Origin: Gemmatimonadota bacterium
GTDB lineage: Bacteria > Gemmatimonadota > Gemmatimonadetes > Gemmatimonadales > GWC2-71-9
Assembly (NCBI GenBank): GCA_022573095.1
Contig: JACZUR010000001.1
Span: 1 to 26,785 of the forward strand
Length of the DNA stretch: 26,785 nt
Direction: 5' to 3'
Shown here: in pieces, positions 7,315-16,159 of the stretch
How the letters are laid out: the number at the start of each line of letters is the position of its first letter
Position numbering within the stretch: the first letter of the stretch is position 1
The notes under the pieces: model-generated
Databases searched by the model: none
Seen by the model: only the letters and a program-made list of their open reading frames with translations
Told to the model about the DNA's origin: nothing
Position numbers and translations under genes: made by a program

Positions 7315-9116
7315 TGCAGATCCGCTATGCGCCGCTCAATCCTCAATGTGTCATTCAGCCCCGGATGTAGCTGCGCCGCACGCTCCATCGAGCGTAAGGC
7401 CTCTGGACAGTATCCAGCGTGAGCGGCTGCATCGGCAGTGAGATACCAGTACTGCCAGACACCGGGGAAACGCCACGTCAATTGACGGCGCAGTGTCATC
7501 GCTTTCAGATGTGTACCGCGCATGGACGCGATCTCCGCCAACAGAACCACAATTCGATGGTCCCTTCCGTGGAGATCAACGGCGGCGTTCGCCACTAACT
7601 CGGCAGAGTCTGGTTCACTCGCCCGAATGAAATTGCTCACGGAGTTCACGGCGTCATCCAATCTCGTAGGATCGATGCGAAACGAAGCAGCGTAGAACTG
7701 GCCGGCTTCAAGCCACCGTTCATCCTCTTCGAAGTAACTGGCCAGGTCGCTCCAGGCGTTCGAGAACAGAGGGTACGTGCCGATCGCCTGCCGCATGAGC
7801 TGCTCACCCCTTTCGCGATCGCCGGCATCGTATGCCAGGGCGCCGGCTACCCATATGCCTCTAAAGGATCCGGGGGCATCTCTTACCAGTTGCGGGAAGA
7901 ACACCGACGCATTCTTCCATACGGGGATGCGGTGGAGAGATCGGGCGAGACCAGCCCCAACAACTAATGCCACGACTGCCACCGATGCCCGCAGTCTCCT
8001 TGCCGAGGCCTGGGTCACTAGCCATCCGACCACTATCACAAATCCCACCGATGGCAGGTACATAGAGCGCTCCGCAAGCAGCACACCGCTTGGCACCAAG
8101 ACGTTCGATATGACCAGCAATGATCCTCCCATCCAGAGCAACCCGAACGTGACCTCGGGAAACCTCCTCGATGCCCGCACTCCGCCAATGAACGCGAGCA
8201 ACAGAATTACCACACCAAGGAGCAACTTTAGGGATAGTTCTGGCTCGCCGGAGAGGAAGTTGGGGGAGTAGTCCGCCGAAAGGTGTAGCGGAAACAGCAA
8301 CAGTCTGGCCCATTCAAATACTACCGGCGTCATCACTGTTACTCTGTCAACGAATCCAAGAGTGAAAACACCAGGCCCCGGATGGTCGCCTGCAAAGTCA
8401 CCTAGAATGAGCGACCTGAGTAACATCCACTCGGCGGCAACAACGAATGTGGCGATCAGCAGCGTTGCGTGACTTCGAACGCGCGAGGTTACGGCAACAC
8501 CAGATCGCCGCGCCTCCACCCAATCGACAACCAGCAGCAGTGCTGGTGCGCCGAGAGCTGACTCTTTTGAACCAAAGGCCAGCAGCAGGCACGCCAGCAC
8601 TCCGAACGACGTTAGCCATCGAATCAGGTTGGTAGTAGCGCGTACAGCAAGGCTTCCATCGATGCGGTAGAGAAGCGCGGCCGACACTACGAACAGGGTG
8701 GCCATTACGTCGGCCCTTCCGACCACATAGGAAACAGCTTCAACGTGCACGGGGTGGACGGCAAAGACCAGTGCCGCGGCGACCGCGCCGACTCTGGGCA
8801 ACACAGTACCACAAAGAACTAACACCAGGACTGAAGTCACCGCGTGCAAAAATACGTTGACTAGGTGAAAGTACCTGGGATCACCGTTGCTGACGGACCA
8901 GTCAAGCGCAAACGAGAGCTGCGTTACGGGCCTATATAGCGCGTCTGGCCACCAAGAGTCGGTCACAATAGACGCGAAGTTGCGCACCGAGTGAAGCTGC
9001 GTATTCCCCACGATGATGTGAACGTCGTCGTACACGAATTCGTGGCCGGCGCTGGTTGCGAACACCCCGACGGCCACTAACGCCACGATTACCCCGATAC
9101 CGACCGCAGGTCTCAC
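7305..9116 (-). CDS. TMTC-like (GT105/DUF1736-type) GT-C glycosyltransferase with C-terminal TPR region, 603 aa
   Basis: FVYDDVHII, LYRPVTQLSFALDW, FHLVNVFLH, FAVHPVHVEAVSYVVGRAD, SKESA, LSADYSP, LAERSMYLPSVG, VWKNA, then TPR-like helices. GTG start. Confidence 0.85.
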   Translation of the reverse strand: MRPAVGIGVIVALVAVGVFATSAGHEFVYDDVHIIVGNTQLHSVRNFASIVTDSWWPDALYRPVTQLSFALDWSVSNGDPRYFHLVNVFLHAVTSVLVLVLCGTVLPRVGAVAAALVFAVHPVHVEAVSYVVGRADVMATLFVVSAALLYRIDGSLAVRATTNLIRWLTSFGVLACLLLAFGSKESALGAPALLLVVDWVEARRSGVAVTSRVRSHATLLIATFVVAAEWMLLRSLILGDFAGDHPGPGVFTLGFVDRVTVMTPVVFEWARLLLFPLHLSADYSPNFLSGEPELSLKLLLGVVILLLAFIGGVRASRRFPEVTFGLLWMGGSLLVISNVLVPSGVLLAERSMYLPSVGFVIVVGWLVTQASARRLRASVAVVALVVGAGLARSLHRIPVWKNASVFFPQLVRDAPGSFRGIWVAGALAYDAGDRERGEQLMRQAIGTYPLFSNAWSDLASYFEEDERWLEAGQFYAASFRIDPTRLDDAVNSVSNFIRASEPDSAELVANAAVDLHGRDHRIVVLLAEIASMRGTHLKAMTLRRQLTWRFPGVWQYWYLTADAAAHAGYCPEALRSMERAAQLHPGLNDTLRIERRIADLQCE

Positions 9117-9157
9117 TGACTCATCCGCACATTGTCATATCGGCTCGACAGGTTCGT

Positions 9158-11146
9158 CTAATCGCGACTTCCCTCCCGTACCAGTTGCATGACCGGCATT
9201 GCGTTCGGATCGCTGGGAGGAGTGACAAGCCGCCAGACGGGCCACCCGGAGTAACGCTCCAACAACTCGACGTTCTGCTCAAACCGGTCACGTGCCCAGA
9301 CGATGCCTTCGGCGAGGTTGATCTCATTGCGCCAGCCGAGAGTTGGGTAAACTGTGAACCCCTCGAAGTCTCTGCGTAGTTCCAGCGCGCATTCCTCCGA
9401 GAGCGGCTGGTCAGGCCACAGCTTGAGCGTCGGATCAGGTGCACCCGGCACCTGGGGAGCGGCGACCGGGTTCTCCCGGACGAGCACCTCGAGCGCCACC
9501 GTGATCTCTTGCCGTGACTGCGTCGATCGGATCTCGTTTTCGGCGAACTCATGCAACTGGCACGCATCCAATGTCCTATACGCGTTCTCAATGAGGCTGT
9601 ACGGAGCCCCCAAGCTCCACAGCTTGCTTATCGTTCTGCTGCCCCAACTGACCGGAACCAGCACCAGAGCCTGAGAGACTGCCTGTTGCTCGAGTGTCTT
9701 TTCGGGGTGGAGCTTCAGGCGCGGTAAGGAGTCACGGTAGAACGCGAACCTAACCGGGAAAACCCCCACTGCACCCCAGACCAACACGACTGCAGCCAAT
9801 GCCGCTGCCGCGACATCCCAGCGGAGAAGGTGCGAGGATTTCAAGCGAGCGCGCACCCAGAGCCAGCGCCACGCTAATGCAGTACCGATCACGCCCCACG
9901 GAGCCATCGCATAGTAGAACCTGGGACCCGGGTGGAAACCCGAGTGCCAGTAGAAAAAGTACAGGAGCGGGGTTGTGACAACGCCCAGGCCGACTATCAG
10001 ATCACTGCGGCGTCCGTGACGCGAGGCGAAGGCCCACAAACCGAGCGGCAGCAGGGCGGGAATGGGCCATTCATAAAAATAGATGTGCAGCCGCCGAACT
10101 GCGGCAGACAAGTTCCCCAGCGCGATAAGAGGCGTAAACGGGTGCCCATAGGGATCTGTGTGAAATCCGATACCGTGCGCGGATCCCCACATAGTCGTGT
10201 ATCCCAGAGCGAGTGGATGCCCTAGTGTGACAGAGTTAAGGACTCCAAACGCCACTATGAGGGGCAGCCCCCCAATCACCATGAAACCAAGTTTTCTCCA
10301 GTGCCGGTGCATGGCCACCCACGCCATCACCGGGACGGCCGCCCCAATTGCGTCCAGAGGACGGGTCACTGCGACAACAGAGAGAGCGAAGCCCGCCAAA
10401 AGGAAGTGACGCCGACGTGGGAGCTTGGGAGCGAACAGCGCCGCCCAGGCCAGAAGGGAGAAAGCCACAGCACTCACGTGGTTCATATAGGTCGCGGACA
10501 TGAACACCACCCAAGCCGCCGAGGCCCATAGCAGCGCGGCCACCGTCGCCGTCTTGATACCGTAGAGACCGCGCGCTACAAAGTAAATGAGTATCGTGCT
10601 CAGACCGCCGAGCAAAGGATTGACCAACCATTCAAGGTCGAGCAGATATCCGACCGCCAGTAGCAGGCTCTGCCCGGGCGGGTACTGGGAGATCCAACCG
10701 GCGTCGGAGAGGAAGGTGTGGGTGAGCAGGAAGAACTCCGCCGGCTCTGGCGCCGGAGCCGCGATTCTACCCGCAGCGAAGATCTTGGCGTGGAACAGTT
10801 GTGCCATTTCATCTACGAGCTGCGGGCTGCGGGCGAACACCGCACTCGCGACCACGGCGGCGGCGATGGTCAAGGCAACCGCAAGGAAGAGTACCACCTT
10901 CACACCGTAGAATCCCGGCCAGTTCGGAGCGCGGAACCTGATGCTCAACCGACCACACAGCAGCGCGACAATGAGTACCACCGCTACACCAATTGCCGAG
11001 CTCGATGTATAGTCCCGCCAAGCCGGGCCCGTATCACGCGCCCCAACCCACTGTGCGATCGGTAAAAGGGGAACAAACAGGAGCAGTGTTCCCAAGGCAT
11101 ACCACACCCAGCGAGTTAAGCTCTTTCCCGCGCCTTTAATTCGCAT
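9158..11146 (-). CDS. GT-C-fold membrane glycosyltransferase (ArnT/PMT_2-like), paralogue B, 662 aa
   Basis: PQLVDEMA (DE pair in external loop), QYPP, TRPLDA, GPRFYY. Multi-TM core plus ~190-aa soluble C-terminal domain. Collinear with 11374..13362. No clear RBS at this ATG. Confidence 0.8.
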   Translation of the reverse strand: MRIKGAGKSLTRWVWYALGTLLLFVPLLPIAQWVGARDTGPAWRDYTSSSAIGVAVVLIVALLCGRLSIRFRAPNWPGFYGVKVVLFLAVALTIAAAVVASAVFARSPQLVDEMAQLFHAKIFAAGRIAAPAPEPAEFFLLTHTFLSDAGWISQYPPGQSLLLAVGYLLDLEWLVNPLLGGLSTILIYFVARGLYGIKTATVAALLWASAAWVVFMSATYMNHVSAVAFSLLAWAALFAPKLPRRRHFLLAGFALSVVAVTRPLDAIGAAVPVMAWVAMHRHWRKLGFMVIGGLPLIVAFGVLNSVTLGHPLALGYTTMWGSAHGIGFHTDPYGHPFTPLIALGNLSAAVRRLHIYFYEWPIPALLPLGLWAFASRHGRRSDLIVGLGVVTTPLLYFFYWHSGFHPGPRFYYAMAPWGVIGTALAWRWLWVRARLKSSHLLRWDVAAAALAAVVLVWGAVGVFPVRFAFYRDSLPRLKLHPEKTLEQQAVSQALVLVPVSWGSRTISKLWSLGAPYSLIENAYRTLDACQLHEFAENEIRSTQSRQEITVALEVLVRENPVAAPQVPGAPDPTLKLWPDQPLSEECALELRRDFEGFTVYPTLGWRNEINLAEGIVWARDRFEQNVELLERYSGWPVWRLVTPPSDPNAMPVMQLVREGSRD

Positions 11147-11373
11147 GTGAAAGCAACTAAAGAATCACAAGGGCCGCCTACACGTAGCCGTACTTGCGTT
11201 GCCATAGAGGGTCAGCGCATTCACAATCGCGCGCTGTACTCTCGGGGCTTTGGCCTTTCCACTCGATGTCCAGCTCGTCGAGGACGACGCGCTCGTCAAT
11301 GCGGTGACCGCCACAACTCGATAGCACAACCTTACGAATTCGCCAAATCAGAATCGGTACACTACGTGATCGC

Positions 11374-13362
11374 TCAACCACCCGCGCTTCCGGCTTCCAT
11401 TAGCTGCAGCACCGGAAGCGCGTTAGGTGCGTCCGTTGGGGGCGCGTAGCGCCAAATCGCCCAGCCGGGATATTTCTGCAACAACTCGTCGTTCTCTTCG
11501 AATCGGTCCCGTGCGAAAACAATTCCGTCGTTCAGTTCAACGTCGTTGCGCCATGCTAGATTGGGATAAAGCGTGAAACCTTCGAAATCTCTCTGTAACT
11601 GCACCTCACACGACGGTGAAAAGAACTGGCCTTCATGTATCTTGAGCGTTGGATCCGGAAAACCCGGCACTGCGACGGCCGCTACCGGATACTCGCCCAT
11701 TAGCGCCTCCAAATCCCTGCTGATCTCCGTCGGGGACTGCAAAAGGCGCGCGTCATCTTCTGCAAACTCATGCAGCGTGCATGCGTCCAGCCAGCGGTAC
11801 GCTCGTTCCACCAAACCCGGGATCACGCCCAAGCCCCACAGCTTCGCTATCGTCCGGCTGCCCCAGCTGACCGGAACGAGTACCACTGCCTGCGTAACTC
11901 CCAGTCCTCTCAATTCTTGTTCTGGATGGAGTTTCAGGCTGGGCAAAGCATCGCGGTATATCGCATACCGTATCGGGAACACAACCACCGCACCCCAAAT
12001 CAACACCGTAATGGCGCCCGCAGCGCTGGCCACGTCCCACCGGACCAGCCTGTGCGACGCCGCACGAGCGCGTTCCCATAACCACAGCCACGCCAGCGCC
12101 GTGCCGATAACCACCCACGGCACGAGCGCATAATAGAATCTGGGTCCTAGGAAAAAACCTGAATGCCAGTAGAAAAAATAAAGGAACGGGGTGATAAGAA
12201 TACCCGAACCCACGACTAGGTCGCTGACGCTTTTCCGCCGCGGAACGAGAGCCCACAGCCCGAGCGGAAGCAGCGCGGGGATCGGCCACTCAAACAGATA
12301 AATATGCAACCGCCGTACGGCCGTAGACAGGTTCGCGAGAGCTACCAGAGGAGTAAACGGCTCCCCGTACGGATCAGTGTAAAATCCTAGAGCATGCGAC
12401 GCGCCAAAGAGTCGAGTATAGCCCAGGGTGAACAGAGTGCCGTATGCGGCCTGGTTCACCGCCGCCCATGCTAGCATTACCGGCATGCCAGCAACTGCCA
12501 TCCAGGGCAGCTTCTTCCACAACTGAGGGCGGGCGGCTACCCACACGAGGATGGGAACGGCAGCAGCGACTGCATCTAGAGGCCGCGAGGCCGCTGCGAG
12601 TGAAAGCGCGAACCCGGCTAAGATGAAATGTCTGAGCCGAGGCGTCTGTGGAGCGAATAACGCGGCCCATGCGCCAAGGGAAAAGAAAGCACTGCTTACG
12701 TGACTCACGTACGTACCTGACATTATGACTACCCAACCTGCCGTCGCCCAAAGCAACGCGCTTACGGTCGCGGTCCTAACTCCGTAAAGGCCGCGCGCCG
12801 TCAGGTAGACGAGTACAGTACTGAGACCGCCGAGTACGGGGTTTACAAGCCACTCCGATCTCAGCAAGAACCCGACGGCCAGCAGGGCGCTTTGTACGGG
12901 AGGATAGTGCGAGACCCATCCCTGTTCGTTCACGAAAGTCCATGTGATCAAGAAAAACCCTGCCGGATCCGGAGGCGGGGCGACAACTCTGCCCGACGAG
13001 AATGTCTTGGCCGTGAACAGTAGCGCCATCTCGTCAACGAGCTGAGGATTCCGGGCGAAAGCCTCATTCATCACGAACACCGACGCCAGCGTTAGACCTA
13101 TTCCCAGCGCGACGGCAACCTTCCAGCCGTAAACACCGCGCCACGCGGGCGCTTTCAAAGGTGTGCTCACACGCCCAGCAAGAACCGCAATAGTTATCAC
13201 CACCGTGATACCTAGTGCCCATCCCGACAGATATCCGGCCCAGTCCGGACCGGGGTCCCCGGCTCCAATCCAAGCGGCGACGGGGAACGCCGGGACGGCC
13301 AGGATCACAGCCCCGACAGCGTACCACACCCAGTTATTGATCGTTTTTAGCAATTGTCTCAT
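11374..13362 (-). CDS. GT-C-fold membrane glycosyltransferase (ArnT/PMT_2-like), paralogue A, 662 aa
   Basis: [24 protein letters not shown]. Start overlaps the GT2 3' end by 29 bp. Confidence 0.8.
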   Translation of the reverse strand: MRQLLKTINNWVWYAVGAVILAVPAFPVAAWIGAGDPGPDWAGYLSGWALGITVVITIAVLAGRVSTPLKAPAWRGVYGWKVAVALGIGLTLASVFVMNEAFARNPQLVDEMALLFTAKTFSSGRVVAPPPDPAGFFLITWTFVNEQGWVSHYPPVQSALLAVGFLLRSEWLVNPVLGGLSTVLVYLTARGLYGVRTATVSALLWATAGWVVIMSGTYVSHVSSAFFSLGAWAALFAPQTPRLRHFILAGFALSLAAASRPLDAVAAAVPILVWVAARPQLWKKLPWMAVAGMPVMLAWAAVNQAAYGTLFTLGYTRLFGASHALGFYTDPYGEPFTPLVALANLSTAVRRLHIYLFEWPIPALLPLGLWALVPRRKSVSDLVVGSGILITPFLYFFYWHSGFFLGPRFYYALVPWVVIGTALAWLWLWERARAASHRLVRWDVASAAGAITVLIWGAVVVFPIRYAIYRDALPSLKLHPEQELRGLGVTQAVVLVPVSWGSRTIAKLWGLGVIPGLVERAYRWLDACTLHEFAEDDARLLQSPTEISRDLEALMGEYPVAAVAVPGFPDPTLKIHEGQFFSPSCEVQLQRDFEGFTLYPNLAWRNDVELNDGIVFARDRFEENDELLQKYPGWAIWRYAPPTDAPNALPVLQLMEAGSAGG

Positions 13363-14083
13363 TGCGACGGGAGAGGATGTTGAAGCGCACCAGATGCCAG
13401 AGAGCGGCTACACCATCTCGCCAGTCGATCTTCTTACCCTCGGCGTAAGTGCGTCCGCTGTAACTGATCGGAATTTCCCAGATGCGGGCCTCGGCCTGAG
13501 CGAGCCGGGCGGTTACTTCGATTTCAAAGCCGAACCTGTTCGACACGAGGTGCAGCGACTGCAGCACTTCCGCGCGGACCATCTTGTAGCAGGTTTCCAC
13601 GTCGGTGAGATTGAGATCCGTCAGCATGTTAGACAGCAGAGTGATGAACCTGTTTCCCAACGAGTGCCAGAAATACAGCACCCTTCGAGGACCACCGTGA
13701 AACCGTGATCCGTAGGTTGCGTCTGCATCGCCTCTGATGATAGGATCAAGAAGATGTGGGAACTCATGGGGATCGTACTCCAGGTCCGCATCCTGGACGA
13801 CTATGACGTCTCCGGTTGCGCTTTGGATTCCGCGGCGCAGAGCAGCCCCTTTCCCCAGATTGCGCTCCTGATGAAATACCTTATCCAGCAGCCCCTCTGC
13901 GAGTAATCCATCCAGCACCGAATCGGACCCGTCCGTAGATCCATCGTTGACCGCGATCACCTCCAGTTTAAGGGGAACCTCCCGCACCTTGTTAACAATC
14001 GCTCTAACCGTCGTTGCTTCGTTGTAGACCGGAATGATCACCGACAGAAGGAGATCACTGAATCCTTTGAGTTGATGCGTCAC
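13334..14083 (-). CDS. GT2 family, polyprenol-phosphate sugar (DPM/DPG-like) synthase, 249 aa
   Basis: [34 protein letters not shown] (DxD), [17 protein letters not shown] start overlaps the methyltransferase stop (GTGA), with AGGTG as RBS. Confidence 0.92.
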   Translation of the reverse strand: MTHQLKGFSDLLLSVIIPVYNEATTVRAIVNKVREVPLKLEVIAVNDGSTDGSDSVLDGLLAEGLLDKVFHQERNLGKGAALRRGIQSATGDVIVVQDADLEYDPHEFPHLLDPIIRGDADATYGSRFHGGPRRVLYFWHSLGNRFITLLSNMLTDLNLTDVETCYKMVRAEVLQSLHLVSNRFGFEIEVTARLAQAEARIWEIPISYSGRTYAEGKKIDWRDGVAALWHLVRFNILSRRNETIAKNDQ

Positions 14084-14775
14084 TGCTTTTCACCTACTGC
14101 AATTACGGACTGACCAACTCTCCATGGAATAAGTCGTTCCTGCCGAAACACCGGCACCAATGAGTCGTACAGCTTGAGTACCTTCACTGGAATCACTTTC
14201 TTTTTCAGAACTCTCCCCGTAAACCACCAGCCCAACATGCTACCCATGTTAAAGTATTCAAGATGAACGACTCGGAACCCGGTTTCAGCAAGAACCGTAC
14301 GGAGCGAACGTTTGGTGTATCGCCGAAAATGAGAAAGAGCAGCGTCCAGCGTTCCGAACAACCACTGAAAAGCGGGCACGAGGAGTACTAGTCGTCCGTC
14401 TTTTTCCAACAGCGATCGCATGGACGAAAGCGCGGCCCGGTCGTCCTCAATGTGCTCCAAGACGTTCACACAAAGTATCGACTGAAATCGGTCGCCAGTC
14501 AGCGTGGAGGGGACCTCGGGCAATATCATTTTCTCGAAGCGCACACCGCCTAGCTCGCCAAACTTGTCGCGGAGCAGTTCAAGGTATGCGTCATCAATAT
14601 CAGTCAGCACGACTCGTTCGCGTTCCACAAAGAACTGAGACAAGTTGCCTATACCAGAACCCACCTCCAGCACTGAATTCCCAAGCCAGGAATCAAACCT
14701 GCTGTACATCCAACGATTGAACGCGGGAGCGTCCGTCAGTCTTTCGAGCGTCGTGGCGCCAAGAGCGTCCTCCAC
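14080..14775 (-). CDS. Class I SAM-dependent methyltransferase, ~231 aa
   Basis: Motif [36 protein letters not shown]. Start reassigned to the GTG at 14775 ([13 protein letters not shown]), just after the pilR stop; the longer track start overlaps pilR. Confidence 0.85.
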   Translation of the reverse strand: MEDALGATTLERLTDAPAFNRWMYSRFDSWLGNSVLEVGSGIGNLSQFFVERERVVLTDIDDAYLELLRDKFGELGGVRFEKMILPEVPSTLTGDRFQSILCVNVLEHIEDDRAALSSMRSLLEKDGRLVLLVPAFQWLFGTLDAALSHFRRYTKRSLRTVLAETGFRVVHLEYFNMGSMLGWWFTGRVLKKKVIPVKVLKLYDSLVPVFRQERLIPWRVGQSVIAVGEKQ

Positions 14776-14782
14776 CCGGATA

Positions 14783-16159
14783 TCAATCAGCGGAGTCGTC
14801 GCCAAAGCGCGACAGCTTACGATAGAGCGTTGACGGATCAATGCCGAGAACCTCGGCGGCCCGGGTCTTGTTACCGCTCTCGCGCTGAAGTACCCACATT
14901 ATGTACGCTTGCTCGACCGACTCTAGCGTTGGGTTATCTAACGGCCGATCGGACACAAACTGCTGCGACTTTCCGGCAGTGATGCGCTTCGGCAGCGCTG
15001 ATACAGCTAGTTCGTCCTCCTTAGCTAGCACGACGGCGTGTTCAAGAGCGTTTTCCAACTCCCGGACGTTGCCGGGCCAGTCGTAGCTGACAATCGCTTC
15101 AAGGGTTTCCTGCGCCAGCATTTTGGGACTCTCGTCTCGGCTCGCCGCAATCTTCTGCAGAGAAGCATCGACTAGCAGTGGGATATCCTCTGGGCGCTCG
15201 CTCAGCTTTGGCAGATGTATCGCAATGACATTGATTCGATAGAAGAGATCAGAGCGAAAACTGCCCCTTCTGATTTCTTCCTCTAGATCCCGGTTGGTAG
15301 CCGCGATGATACGCACGTCGACGGGGATCGGTTCGGTTCCTCCGACCGGCAGCACCTCCCGTTCCTGCAGTACGCGCAACAACTTCACTTGCGTCGCCGG
15401 TGTCGTCTCGCCGATTTCATCGAGGAAGAAGGTGCCACCGCGAGCGGCCGCAAACAGGCCCTGTTTGTCCCGCACGGCCCCGGTGAAAGAGCCCTTTAGG
15501 TGGCCAAACAATTCGGATTCCAGCAAGCTTTCTGGAAGGGCGCCGCAGTTGATCGAAAAGAAAGAGCCTTCGCTTCTTTGCGACAGCTCGTGGATGTACC
15601 GTGCAATAACTTCTTTCCCCGTACCGCTGGCACCTTGAAGTAGCACGGTGGATTCCGTGGGAGCCACCTGCCCTGCAAGTTTCATGACATCGAGAAACGG
15701 CTTCGACTTCCCGATGGGTTTGACGCTTACGGACCTTTCGCGCCGCCTTATTTCACTTTTGAGCTGTTTGTTCTCTGAGCGTAACCTGCGGTATTCGAGC
15801 GCGCGATTACAGATCGCGATCAGGTCGTCGTTTGAAAAAGGTTTCTGGATATAGTAGAAGGCACCCTGGTTAACCGCCTGGATTGCGCTCTGAAGCGTAG
15901 CCTGCGCCGTCATCAAGATCACGGGTGTTTCAGGATCTTGTTCGCGCGCTGACTCCAGAACGTCTAAACCGGTCACCTGAGGCATCCGGATATCGGTAAG
16001 CACGATATCCGGCGCTACCGTAGAGATCGCCGCGAGCCCGGCCTTGCCTCCCTGGGCGGTTTCAACCTGATATCCTGAATTCCTGAGAAGGATCTTGAGC
16101 GTATCTAGAATCCCGGCCTCGTCATCGATCACCAGGATCGTGGGGTTTAGCTGATTCAT
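14783..16159 (-). CDS. pilR: Sigma-54-dependent response regulator, PilR-like, 458 aa
   Basis: REC (LVIDDE, TDIRMP, YIQKPF), GASGTGKE, ELFGHLKGSFTGA, FLDEI, WPGNVRELEN, HTH (AAEVLGIDPSTLYRKL). Name rests on the pilB-T-C-S-R synteny. Confidence 0.88.
   Translation of the reverse strand: MNQLNPTILVIDDEAGILDTLKILLRNSGYQVETAQGGKAGLAAISTVAPDIVLTDIRMPQVTGLDVLESAREQDPETPVILMTAQATLQSAIQAVNQGAFYYIQKPFSNDDLIAICNRALEYRRLRSENKQLKSEIRRRERSVSVKPIGKSKPFLDVMKLAGQVAPTESTVLLQGASGTGKEVIARYIHELSQRSEGSFFSINCGALPESLLESELFGHLKGSFTGAVRDKQGLFAAARGGTFFLDEIGETTPATQVKLLRVLQEREVLPVGGTEPIPVDVRIIAATNRDLEEEIRRGSFRSDLFYRINVIAIHLPKLSERPEDIPLLVDASLQKIAASRDESPKMLAQETLEAIVSYDWPGNVRELENALEHAVVLAKEDELAVSALPKRITAGKSQQFVSDRPLDNPTLESVEQAYIMWVLQRESGNKTRAAEVLGIDPSTLYRKLSRFGDDSAD

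Noticed and set aside
11178-11381. 67-aa minus-strand ORF in the cassette gap
   Set aside because: No RBS, no recognisable motif and no hydrophobic segment. Cannot be supported without ribosome profiling or conservation data.
14075-14100. Programmed frameshift fusing the methyltransferase and GT2
   Set aside because: GAAAAG is not a canonical slippery heptamer. The GTGA overlap with its own RBS is ordinary translational coupling.
3992-14775. Cassette as a mobile or recently acquired island
   Set aside because: No integrase, transposase, tRNA or flanking direct repeats were seen. Spot GC counts (about 45-60%) show no clear boundary; a proper sliding-window or codon analysis was not run.
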